Shown one piece after another: positions 1 through 15,051 of a stretch of 64,000 bases of DNA. The notes beneath the pieces are model-generated. The model was given only the letters and a program-made list of their open reading frames with translations, did not search any database and was not told where the DNA came from. Positions within the stretch are counted from its first letter, which is position 1; each line of letters starts with the position of its first letter. The position numbers and the translations under genes are program-made. This DNA is from Xylographa opegraphella (Eukaryota): the NCBI GenBank assembly GCA_022813865.1, contig JALDZX010000017.1:310001-374000 (forward strand), read 5' to 3'.

Positions 1-2069
1 TGGACTTCTATCGGCTTCTGTACAATATACCGAAAGTAATACTCTTTGTAGACACTCAACTATGTATCAGAACGGAGATTCGAAGCGCAGCCTGCAAGCT
101 ACAGAAAGGTCAGACTACCTTTGTGAACTAGGTTCCAACAATGCGTTGTGACGGGCTGTGAGTTAGTGAATGAATTCAGTGCAAGTCAGTATGTAAGTCT
201 TGTTACCGGAGACCTGTGGTTCAGATGGCTGTGCAGGATTTCAAGCTCCTGGTGCCTAGAGGACCACGAAAAGGAGACTTTGAGCTCGGTTGTTATTGCA
301 TGGGTAAGGCTTGATGGAATCCCTCGTAACCGTAATCTACTTGACCAGCCATTCTGAGCTTGTGTATCACAGCACGAGGCATGTATACGCAAGTGAGTAT
401 TATTTCACCACCGAGTAGGACCATGGATTGATGTGAATCACAAACACCACACGCTCGGACAAGTGTTCAGTCTGGCGACCAAGGCAACAAGCTGACTGAT
501 GATTGTTGGCGCGGATAGACGCGCTCTCTGTGATGGGTGGGTACCGCGATGTTTTTGAGGAAACCCACGGATAGCAAGCATTCAGCGAGCACGCAGATAC
601 GGTAGGCACACCACCGCGATTGTGAAGATGGGATACCCCAATCGTCTCTCATCGAGTGGTGCTGATGTCTTGCCGACCTTACCGTACCAACCAAGGCTTT
701 TGTGTCGCTTGTCAAGTTATCAGCACGTCGCGTAAGGTACCTAAGAGGTGGACACCCTTTTCGATACCTACCTTACCTTACCTAAGGTACCTCGTGAGCC
801 AGTTTACTATTTCCCCGCACTTCTCTGAGCGGAAAGGCGCCTTCCTCCACAGCACCAAAGGAACTGATCAGGATACCAGATCGACAATCTTCTTGGCCGT
901 CAGCAGTCACATGCTGGGACCACATGCATCAGGCACGTCACCTGGTCCTACAGATGAACCGCTTGTGAATCCCGCGTGTGTACCGCTGACAATTCATGAA
1001 CTGAGTCCAAATAAACTTGCAGGACCCGAAAGTCATTCGCAAGGTAGTATGGTATAGGGGCAACCCTGAGGCCCGGGACACGAAGAGTAGTAAACAAAAT
1101 GAATATCATCGTTGCAAGTTCGGATGCTCCAGCTGTCAGCTCCATCATTGACCTGCCCATCCAGAACCTTGTTCTCGTTCCTCCAGTCCAAGAACCCATT
1201 TGTCTGACATTGGAAGATGCCAATATGGACTATGATGCTGGATTGAAGCTTGGGGGTTCATTCAGGACTCATCGTCCAGATACCTTACTTTCAGCATTAG
1301 GGGCCTGCTGTCTTACCTTCCACGTCTATCGCTTAATCATAGGTCCTTCGTTTCAGAAGGAATATGCGTGGAACGATGTATCGGCGCTGGTTCGGCTACC
1401 ATTGGCGTGAAACCCCTTCCCATTTCTATCCCCACAGGTGATCCGTGGGCGTGTGTAAGGTTAGGTTAGCAATCCGTCCAAACTGGCAAAGACTCAGCGA
1501 GATCCACATGCAGGAGTATATCGCAGTGTTCCAGTGTTTGGCGACCAAGCCATGCAAACTACCAAATAAGGGCACACCATACGACGACTTCCCACAGGTC
1601 CACATAATCCTATCTAACGTACAAGGGGTTGGAATGCTTGGAGCGTGGTGACGGTGAGAAAGTCAGGTAGGAGAGGCGCGAAGGATGAAGCTGGGATATG
1701 GAGAATGCAACTGGATCTAATCTACAGACAACATATTCAAGTACGCTCGGGACCAGGCAGCGGATCAAGGACTGAGACATCGTGTCCACATACGATCAGA
1801 AGGTACGACAAGTGCACCTCCTTCGCAGATCCACTTTGGAATTGATCTGCTCGAATCGGCCGGCGGTGGCGCCATTTACCGGGTGAGCGCTCACTCCTGA
1901 AGTATGTACATGCAAGAAAGTCGAACATCGCATAGATGCGCCGCATCTGTTCGTCACTCATATAAAACAAAGTGTGTCCCTGCACGCGAGGCACAGCCTG
2001 ATCATCCAGATATCGTAGCCAAAATCGGCATGCTCTCTCGATCGTGAACTGGGGCAGAAGGCACGAAGA

Positions 2070-3135
2070 CTAATCCCAGTACCACTGCACGTTGGCATAG
2101 CGACCCACCCCTGACAATCCGAGCGTGTTGTAAAGTGCGGGCGAGAGATCGATGTCCTGGTTCCCTGCCTACGTAACTATTAGTACCGAACGAAGATCGG
2201 GAATGCAATGACAGTGGCCCGAGGAGAGCACTTACACAGCCAGCGCATTTGTCGACCACCATGCCCTTGTTGCTCTTCCCTGTAGCTGGGTTCGTAATGT
2301 GGAGAACGCGCCAGCAGAGCGGATTTTCGACTTCCCCGCTGCTCAAAGAACCCATCATTTCGTGCGAGACAGCCACGACGAAGTCGGTGTCTTGGTAAAT
2401 ATAACTGTTCGGCCCATAGCCGCAGGCTCCCAAACCTTGAGAAGGATTGTAAAAGGTCATGTCTCCAACACACGGCGTGCCGGCTGTGCATCCATCGGCT
2501 TGAGTAGCACCAGGCAGTGTTGCAACCTCGTAGGATTTCCCGTCAGAGGCTGGAGGAGCACCAACAGCCACACCTGACGCAGGCATTTCTCCTGCAGTGG
2601 CCCCGCCCACGACTGGTGCAGCGGGTGCAGCGGCGACAGGACTCGATACAGGTGCTGCAACTGGCACGGGTACTGAGGCCGGTGTTGAAGCTGCAACAGG
2701 AACTGGCGTGGTTGTAGATGTCGAAGTTGGGACTGGCACTGACACTGGCGCTGCAGGAGGGGTGTTGGCAGCAGCGGCACTTGTAGTCATTGAAGTCGTG
2801 GTCGTAGAAGTCGTCATTGCGGAAGTTGAGGTCGATATTGGCTGGATTGGCGAAGAAGCGGCTACTACTGACGCAATAGACGTGGTTGAAAAGGCGGATG
2901 CTGGGGCGACTGGGGTCGGCACTGGGACAAAGATCGCAGCTGGAGTGCTGGAGGTCGAAGTTGTGGTTGTAGCTGGCGGAAGATCACCGGGAGCGACCCA
3001 GATAGTTGTTACAACCTCGACAGTCTCAACCACTTCCTCAGTAACTGTGAACCAGATAATGTCGCGTTTAACCATCGGCGCTGCCGTGGTACAGGCTATA
3101 AACAGGGCAAAGGCTGCAATGCTGAAGGACTTCAT
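2070..3135 (-). CDS. Secreted RlpA-like double-psi beta-barrel (expansin-like/Asp f 7-like) protein with Ser/Thr/Pro/Ala-rich linker; 1 intron (2169-2235)
   Basis: Signal peptide MKSFSIAAFALFIACTTA, then KR site. C-terminal GDMTFYNP..GLGACG..FVVAVS..VVDKCAGC. The GTAAGT..ACTAAT..TAG intron restores AGNQDIDLSPALY...VQWYWD*. Confidence 0.85.
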
Positions 3136-4808
3136 GCTGGGTGGTAAAGAGTAGACCGTATATGGAACTTTTGAATAGGCTTCCCGGGCTACTTAACAAT
3201 GAGTGTGGTTTGATCGACTGGCGATACAATGATGCGTCCTCCGCAATGAATGTTGTCGCTTCTTGTCACAATGGTGCAAAATGGAACAGAAGTTTGACAG
3301 AGGGGAATGAATGAATGACACTGATTGGCTTGAAGAGAGCGTGCAGAGATGCAGGATCTGAGTTAAAGAACGTGAAGGCAGCCACTCTACAGAACCAAAT
3401 GAATGAAAGTGAGTGAGCAAATGGGAAAAGGCGCCGAGCGTGAGCGTGGAAGTGTCAAGGAAGGGAAACGAGATTCCTTTCATGGCCAGCGAAACAAGCC
3501 GACTAACAGGGGGCAGTGAAGCGGGGCCGCTGTGCAGGGGAAGGCCAGCGAGGTTCGCAGCCAGGCACACCAATGAAAAGACACGCTTGACCTAACAGTC
3601 GGGAGAACATCAGCGGCTGGCTCATGAAGCAGCGGGCTTTGATCAGCCGAACAGGGCCTGGAGACGCTGTGATTGGGCGAAGGATGACACAACGACAACA
3701 GGACTGGCTGTGCCTCTGGTTTCCGAGGTTTTTGTTTTGTTCCAGCGGCCTCCCTCCCGATTATGCATGATAGCGGTTGTGTATCGATAAGATGATCTGC
3801 ATTATGCTTCTGCCATGAATCCAGCATGCTGCCTATATCAGCAACTCGTTTGTTTGTAATATCAATTCAAATGTGCTTGAGAAAGAAGTCGAGTGCGACG
3901 CAACGTGGAACTCTTGAGGCTAATTCGCCAAGACTTCTTGGCCAGGCCTGAGCTTACTCTAACTGGTTAGATAAGGTACTTAACCTCATGCTACACGTGG
4001 CCCCTGAGCGTGTGCACCCAGCTGCACTTCCACCTCGACATATTTACGGCTGGTCGGTCAGTGCTCGTTATGCAATATGTAGTGCCTACCAAGCCTGATT
4101 GCAACAGCTCCCCGAATCAGGCCAGCGGTGGGAAATTCAAGTCCGGTCAGCTGTCAAGTCTATTACCATCCTCGGCCCACGCAGCACACTACGGTGGGAG
4201 CACCGCCCACAAGCTTACCTTTTGGCAGAATACAACGAGCCTATAGTAAAGTCCTTCTCTGTTTCTTATCTTTGGACTGTTCTTCTATATGGTTTTCTTG
4301 TATGGATGACGCAGTAGAATATTGGTCAAGGGATTTCCCCCATGCAGCAGCCAGTCGGCCGCTTCACCTCACACACGGCGCTTCGATCATCAAGTCTGCC
4401 TTTCTCCCCACTATTACTTACCTTATCACAAGTATCTGTTGTTTCTAAGCGGATAATGCATTAACTCCCTTACATAGCTGAAGAAGCTCCACAATAAATA
4501 TGGCTGTTGCAAATTGACATGCATATTTTAATACTCATTATGGTTGACTCAACTTATAACTACTACCAACCGGTTCAGAAGTTCAAAGAATAACAGAGAG
4601 CTACAGGAGATCATCCACCGCTACACCACCATTCCCAAAGAATGCACTTCACCCACCCCTCAAAGCACTGTCACAGCATGGCCTGGTGGCCGTAAACCCT
4701 AGGTGCCAAACGCCAAGCCGCACTAATCAATTTCAGTCATCGAGTCTCCCCCAGTCCTTTCAGCAAAACAAGGAAGAACGAAAGATCAGCAAAAAAGAAA
4801 AAGAAGCT

Positions 4809-4959
4809 TGCCCGGACAGGGATTTGAACCCCGATCACCCCCGAAAATGTTCCTGTTGAAATCGTGAAGTCGTCAAGGTATTAAACGATGTAGAGCTAAA
4901 CTATGTACAAGAAAGAAACCTGGTATTTTGGGGGCATGCTACCATTGCACCATCCGGGC
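4809..4959 (-). tRNA. tRNA-like Pol III gene, isotype undetermined; anticodon loop replaced by 87-nt insert
   Basis: Acceptor GCCCGGA/TCCGGGC+A73, D arm GTGC-AATGGTA-GCAT, stem CCCCC/GGGGG, 4-nt variable loop, T arm CGGGG-TTCAAAT-CCCTG. Downstream T5 and T6 runs (4791-4802) and upstream TATATATAA (4994-5002). Confidence 0.8.
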
Positions 4960-5727
4960 CTTTTTGTTGTTGAGGAACCACTGCGCTTAACCATTATATA
5001 TAGTTGCTGCTCTCGCCGCGCCTATCGCGCTTGGTCGGTGAGGTTTCGGTCTGCCTCATGCTTGCTCTGCGCACCTGAGGCGTCCACGCCGAGCTGATGA
5101 GAAGGGTCCTTGGGCTACGGGGACCTGTTGCTACTGTTACAGTCGTATCGCTGGTGGGGTTCTCAGGGTCGCGAAGTCATACAGATACTGTCCATCGCGG
5201 TGTTTTGTCCTACGCTGTTTCGTGCAAGTCCTGTTCATCCACATCTCTGCGTCTCTCGTGCACTCACTCCTCATATACAATCTTCATCTGCTGGATCTTA
5301 TCCTTCGAAATCTATACACCCTCATTCATCTCCAACGTCTCCACATAGATGGCAGACAACGCCGCCCACTCATCGCCTCCATCCCAAATTTCCCCTTTCC
5401 CCTCTCTTCCCACCCTCATCTGCACCCCGTGCGACCGAGTCGTCTCTATCCACCACCAACCCTCGCCTCACATCGCGGTCATCCACGCCCGACAGACCTG
5501 CACGCTTCTACAACAACCGATCACGCAACAAGCCGCAACAAGCCGCATCGAGCGAAACACTTCGTCTCAAGAACACAACTTCCTCAGTTCCAAACTCCCT
5601 GCTTCGGTGTACGGCGTCGAAGAGAAAACTGGACACAATTGATGACCATCATAACAGACTCTCATACGCATGATCAGTCGGATATGCCCGATGGGAGACT
5701 ACAATCGTCTTTCCATGTAGTTGGAAA

Positions 5728-5800
5728 TAGGGGTAGCACTGGCCATACTGTCGCACCGGTCATACTGTCGCACCGTCGCGCCGGCGAAATTATCGCACCG
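5728..5800 (+). mobile_element. Possible solo DNA-transposon terminus (TA + GGGG + three 17-bp subterminal direct repeats)
   Basis: TA-GGGGTAGCAC followed by TGGCCATACTGTCGCAC, CGGTCATACTGTCGCAC and degenerate CGGCGAAATTATCGCAC. No inverted partner or transposase noticed. Confidence 0.35.
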
Positions 5801-6197
5801 GCCGTTTCCGGATGAATGTATGGGCGGATCGATGGGCAACTACAGGCATTGTCGGAAGAGTCACCATATCAACTTCTCGCATCCTCTCTCTCTACCTTGA
5901 TTTCTTATGAAGGGAATGGGCTGGCTATACTTGCTTTTTCGAAACCTCTTGAGTCATACACTCTGAGTTGTTCAAGCAGGAATGAATTGAGCTACGCATC
6001 TAGGACATGCACGACGATAAAACCCTTCGCAAACTTCGACAAATGCACATTGTTACCCTCTGCCCTGCCTACTTACACCGCCAACCGCGAAGATGAAGTT
6101 GCCTTCCCAGTAGCTTTCAGTACGCCCTTCAATAACAACTCTGTACATGCAGTTCGTAGCTAGAAAAACGCCAACCACCGGACCCACAGTTCTGGTC

Positions 6198-9158
<2,961 letters not shown>

Positions 9159-9765
9159 ATTGTGTGCCCAGTTGAACTTTGGTGGTGGCTTGCGTACTGT
9201 TTACAGCTGTAGTAGCACTGCTTTGAGCCAGTGATACAGTGGTCGAGATGGTCTCAGTGTTTGACGCTCCCCGCTAGTCTAACATGAGGGCTGTGCAACG
9301 GAAATAGATTTTAAGAGCCAAATTGACAGCGTGAAAGTTTTCCAGCCATATTAAGTAGCGATACAATAGATCTTTACTATGTAACAATTACTGCAATCGA
9401 AGAAGTCGACTCTGCAGGATTGCAAACTGTTACTGGGACATCCTGCGCTAGCGATGAGGCTTTTAGCGACCTCGAGCGGGCAGTTTATTTTCAACAGTCC
9501 TTCGTCCCGGAAGTGCAGGCACGACGAACTACGTCGGTCAAGTGAAGATGACTTGGCTTCCTACTCCTGCCTCTGAGCCAAGTTACACTTTACACGGTGT
9601 CAGGAACCACTGAGGTTTGCTAAGCACTTCCAGCAGTTTTAATGTGTAAAATGAAATCTTCTCAAATGTTTGAGAAGTCGTGGACTAGTATACACGTTCC
9701 TTGACTCCCCTATGCAGCATAAATGTGACGAGGCTTAAGCTCAGAGTACATGCACCCTGGCCCTT

Positions 9766-10680
9766 TCAATATGGCGAATAACCTCTTCCCCGACCTCGAT
9801 ATCCGCCACGATATCCCCCTCGAGGAGGATAGCCTCCACGGTCGTAGCCACCACGACCGTAGCCACCACGGTCAAATCCACCACGGCCGCCGCGAGGTCC
9901 ACCTCGTCCGCCACGACCACCTCGCGTTAGACCAGGCACATTAGTACGTTTCGGAACAACCTAGCCGATGCGTCAGTATTATGACAGGAGAAATAGGTAG
10001 GATTAGAGTATTGAGTATGTACTTTGAGATTTCTGCCACGAAACATACTCTCGTTCAGAACTAGGGCCTGAGCCACAAGATGGGGTTCCGTAAATTCCAC
10101 GTAGGCGTATCTAGCAAGTATTAGTCGACAACTGGAAGACGCCAGACGTTTCCGCTACAGGCCAGCGTGGTTTAGTCATGATAACAAGTATTCTGTGGCG
10201 CCTGCAAACATAATCAAAGACTTACCCTTTAGGATGCCCAGTGAACTTGTCCAACAAGATTGTGACTCTGTTGATAGAACCGCAGCTCTGAAAATGTGCC
10301 TGAATCTCCTCCGGCGATGCACCGTAGTCTACGTTCCCAACAAATATACTTCGGGCATCGATATCTTCCTTATCTTCCCTGCCATCACGCTCATTCTGGT
10401 CCAGCGAAGCTTGCATCTCTCGCAGCTTAGCAGCCTCTGCTTCCATTTCGGCGACCCTTCTCTTCATTGCAGAGATCTCTTCCTAATTGTTCATCATCAG
10501 TAGCTATTTTTCTAATAATTTCTCTCCGAGCTCTTGAGCTTCATGACACCAGACAGAGCGTATCACGCGTAGGAAGATTGTCGCATGGTATAGGAGGACT
10601 CCATCTCTTACTTCATCATCTCCTCCATCTTCGTGAAAGTCCTTATGCTCATCTTCTAACTTGACATCTCGGTCAGACAT
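9766..10680 (-). CDS. PAB2: Nuclear poly(A)-binding protein 2 (PABPN1/Pab2/Sgn1 family; coiled coil + RRM + RGG tail), 3 introns
   Basis: [78 protein letters not shown] followed by RGG repeats ending YSPY*. Confidence 0.93.
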
Positions 10681-11051
10681 CGTTGTTGTCGTACGAAGAT
10701 CAATGTTCTAGCTACAGCTTGCCGAGGATGTAAGGTCTTGAGGATTGCGCTCGTTTAGAAGAACAATAATAATACGGTAAGGTATTTATTTGAACGAAGA
10801 AATTGCAGCTGCTGAAGCATCACCGCATTCAGAACTTAATGAAAGAAAGTGAACAATTATGACGGGGAGGCTAACCCCAGTTCAAGCTCGAAGCTCATTT
10901 GAGCGCACGGACTTTGAAAACAAACACGCTATACCTTAAAGGGTAATAGTTCTGTACAGAAGTTCCAGATGATAGATGCTCAAGTCAGTCGAATGCTGGA
11001 GTTACAACCAGCTTTTGTTGGTGTTGCATATCCCTCGATTAGAAGATTGCA

Positions 11052-13700
11052 ATGGCTAATTGGTCGACAGCAGAGGATGCGATCTTGCCAGCTCAATTAG
11101 CAATCCTCGCGATATATAACCCCTCTCTAGGCCAATCTGACGACACTCTTCACGATCAAGTACTCTATTACTATTCTTCCAAGTCGAGCAGGAGCCGAAG
11201 ACAACGGAAGTCGGTAGACGAAGATTCGGCCCAGAGACAAAATGAGGATCGAAATGAGCGATTGCGCCAGATTGGTCTCGCACAGGGCATGGTGGAGTTT
11301 GCTAAGTGTGAACACCAGACAGTGGAAGACCATGCAAGCACGAGGCTGAATGCAAACCTAGGGCTTTTTCTAACGGAGAGAACTTGGATTCTGTAGAGTC
11401 AGAGAAGTCGAGAACACTTCTCCATGAGCTCGAGCACGGGTGGTGGATTCTAGCTGTGTGTACTCCCTCCCTCTGGCCCTTTCATATCTCTGATTCATTT
11501 TGCAGTCTGTGGATCTGACTCGCCTTCCAAGTGCACCTAGCGGGAATACATCCCTGTCTCAGACATCAAAACCGGGTACGAGAGTGGAATATTCCAGTAG
11601 AGAGGTCTGTCCACAGGCCTTGCTTCTACAACATTTACTACGGGCCCACTCGATATTCCTTCTACACCATGGACCGAACCTATCCGAACTTTACTCTCAT
11701 CTGACGCGGCAGAAGTTTTGTGACGCTCTTGAGCGGTTCTGGAGTGGCTTCGTCCGCGAATGGAACGTCCTGCTTCATGGTAACCCAGCAGTTGATATCT
11801 ACAATGGACTCAAGCTTGCCGCTGGTGGAGAACTTGGTATAGGTGTAGGAGAAGAAGCCTGGGGCAGTGGAGAACGAGAGGTACTGGAAGGTTTTGTGGA
11901 CAGAACCGAGGGTCTTGTCGACATAATGGTGTCAAGATTCGGAGATGCACTTGACGGCGCCGAGGACGACTCTGGCAAAGATGGTCATGCAAGCGCGAGC
12001 CGGGTAGTGGAGGCTACTTCATCGTGGCTAGGTTCACGTACATCGCCCGGATCATCAGATGGGGTAATATTTTCGGGCATCGGTGCTTTGGATAGATCGT
12101 CACTGAAAAGCGTCTCAGCCTGGATGGAATGGCTTTACAAGTATGGTGAAAACGCATATGGAGTTCGTGATAATCCTCACTCAGTGCCAAGGCGGAAGCG
12201 CAAGAAAAGGAGCACAGCTGAAGCACATCCTATTTCTGGCAAGACAAGTGCTGAGACACGCAGACATGATCATGAGCGGCAGAACAATCGGTCGCCATTG
12301 GGTGGTACCACTGTTCAGCAGAATACGTCTTCCTTTGCTATTCCGCCACCAATCGTGGGAGCTGCCGCTTCGTCCCCGACCAGGCTTCCCTCCGCAACGG
12401 ACGCACAAAAGAATGGCGGATCACCGGAACGCAAGAAGGGCACATCACCTACTGAGAACACAGAAGCTTTTCCTGGGGCGGATAGCATATTGAAGTATAT
12501 GACATTAGGTATCTACGGCTCGAGCTGGGGTATCGCCGCCGGGCGTCCCGCTGTCCATCGGCAAATCTCCAAGGATAGCAGTGCGGATGACGGACCCAGT
12601 CCACCGAACTTGACAGTTATGCGGGAGATAGATCCAAAGCCGATGTCGGCCTCGCACGACGGTTCGCTATCAACATCAGGACAAGACGTCATCCAAGGGG
12701 CGTTCTTGATTGGCCTTCGGGGCGACCTTGAGAATGAGGGCATGACTGAAGATGAGGGTGGCAATACCGAAACCGGGACCGATCGGGAGCAGAGGATGGA
12801 AAGCAGTGATTGGAACAGGAGAGTGTCGATCCGGACACTGTACGTGAGCAGGGCTCGAAAGGCAGTGTCTGACAGCAACGATCTGTCAATCGACGGTTTG
12901 TGTCACCGTACCTCCCCATTTCCGACAGTCGATATACTAACACGCGTTATGAACCCAGACAGCACCCCCACCACAAAGCCCGACCGTTTGCGCGTGGTCG
13001 TCTACGTCGTGAGTCGACCCCCATCCCGGACCCAGAGCCCGGCTAACACCCCCCTCCACAGCGCCAACCCTTCATCTTCACCTTCCTCTTCGAACTTCCC
13101 ACCGACTCCCTCTCCATGTCCTCCCTCTACCGCGCCCTGCACCACCAGCTCGGCCCCCTCCAACGCCCCCTCCTAGCCTCCACCTCCCCATTACACGTGC
13201 ACGAGCGCCTCTGGGCAGCCGCCGACCCGCAGAGCACCTCCCCCGCCCTCAGCACCCACCCCATCCACGACCTCGTCTACGACCCCGGCACCCTCACCAT
13301 CCACACCACCATCCCCAACATCCCCCCGCCCGGGGCCCCCGCCCCGCCGCCCTGGTCCCGCGCCGACGCCCTCGCCGTCCACGCCCTCATCCTCGCCACC
13401 CACGCCGCCACGCGCCGCCACGCCTCTGAGCTCGAGCGCTCCCTCCGCTCCGCCCGCGCCTGGTGCCTCGTCTGGATGCGTCTCCCGCGCCCCGCGTCCG
13501 CGTCCGCCTTCCGCGAGGCGCTGCTCCTCCGCAAGGCGAGCGAGCCTACTGCTGCGGCTGCGGGGCGCAGGCCCGCTCGCTTGTTCGGCTTCGTGCCGGC
13601 TGCGGAGGGGGCCGGCTGGGCGGCGCCGGGGAGGGTGGCGGAGGGGATTGGGATCGATGCGAGGCGGTATGTGGAGGGTTTGTTGAGTTTGAATCGCTGA
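11052..13700 (+). CDS. CCZ1: Vacuolar fusion protein Ccz1 (Mon1-Ccz1 GEF subunit, longin domains), about 4 introns
   Basis: PAQLAILAIYNPSLG..DQVLYYY, ERLRQIGLAQGMVEFA, LLHELEHGWWILA/SVDLT, GELGIGVGEEAWGSGEREVLE, C-term GIGIDARRYVEGLLSLNR*. Confidence 0.88.
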
Positions 13701-13722
13701 TGTGGGGGAGTATGTCGCTCGC

Positions 13723-14195
13723 TGTATGTATGTATGTATGTATGTATGTATGTATCAAGAAACACAAGAGGGGGGTGGGGGGTTGGTTGAGATTAGTCGT
13801 ATTCAGACCCATCTATCTATGTATATCCTCCATCGCCCCACCACACAAAACAATAAACACCCCCAACACGACTTCCCCCCTCGCTGCAGTCCCGAACCGC
13901 CGCCGGCGGGCGCGATCGGCGCGAATTGTCTAGCCCTCACAACAACGCCCCCCTCCGTGTTTGCTTCGTCGATGAGGATATGTTACTCCTAACTTCACAT
14001 AATACTAAACCGGCCTTTGAGAGGTATCTTTCTCTCTCTGTCTCTATCAGCCCTCATCCCAATTCCCACCCCTATTTTTACTTCCACAAAATATTAATCC
14101 CGGACCCCCCACCCCCCCTTCCTGCACTGTAATTTCCCGCACTACATTCGCCCGCGGCCGAGAGGCGGGAATAGGTCCAGCGACACGAGATCCGA

Positions 14196-14234
<39 letters not shown>

Positions 14235-14560
14235 TGTTCCCCGTGGGCACGGGAATGCACTTAGGGAGGCGGAGGGTGTCCCCACGCTCGGGGCCATGAG
14301 TGGGAAGGGGACGCTATGCGGGGGGTGGAGGTTCATGGGGTGGTGATTTGGAGGGTATTGTGATGAGATGAGATGGGGATGTGCTACTTCAAGAGGATGG
14401 GATGGGATGGGATGGGATGGGAGACAATAGATGCCCAGCCAACGCCCTCCCGCTCTCATTCTGTATTCCATGCACTTGCGAATCTACTCCACGAGGAACG
14501 ACTATAATCCTCACAGCACAGCACAGCACAGCACAGCACAACACAGCACAGCACAGCACA
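13723..14560. repeat. Microsatellite cluster: (TATG)n 13723-13755, (AG)16 14199-14230, (GGGAT)n 14395-14422, (CACAG)n 14512-14560
   Basis: Read directly from the sequence, in the convergent CCZ1/velvet intergenic region. Confidence 0.95.
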
Positions 14561-15051
14561 AAAAACCCAGCGAGCACAAAACCACCAAGTACATTTATCA
14601 AAAGACATAAAAAAGCGTACCGCGCACCAACGCCTCCGCGCGGCAAGGGGATCTAGAGTAAGGTGCACAAAAACGCCCGCCCGATGGGTGAACCCCAAAA
14701 AACGAAAGGGTATCATTTGCGCGTCCAGACCACCGGTAGCAGAGGGCGCTGTTCGCCCACCAAGGAAAAGCACCGCCTTTGCCTCCCTGACTTTTTTTTT
14801 CCCCTGCCAATCTATTTGAAAGGGGGTGTGGCTTGGCCACGAGAGTGACCGCGAGCTGATGCGTAGATGCGGAGGTCGTTGAAGACGGGAAGGACTTTCG
14901 CGACCGAGATGGGTTGAAGAGAAATAAGAGTGGCCGGTTAGACCTCCGAGATGATGATTTGATGACGAGATTGGACATTGCTGCTTCCCTTTTCGTCGCC
15001 GGTTCAAGTTGTTCGCCAAGTGGCTATGCCTCCGTCCCCGGTCGCGTCCAA

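Noticed and set aside
1..2000. Short ORFs at the window start
   Set aside because: No recognisable motifs, no consistent exon chain, and many non-ATG starts.
2597..3154. 185-aa + strand ORF (Val/Ala/Gly-rich)
   Set aside because: Antisense shadow of the low-complexity linker of the RlpA-like gene.
4853..4919. Spliceosomal-like intron (GTTTCT..CAG) inside the tRNA-like insert
   Set aside because: Weak donor, and removal leaves a 20-nt loop that is still not a canonical anticodon loop.
5110..5815. Three overlapping + strand ORFs of 97-197 aa
   Set aside because: C-rich, stop-poor sequence open in all frames with no protein-like signature.
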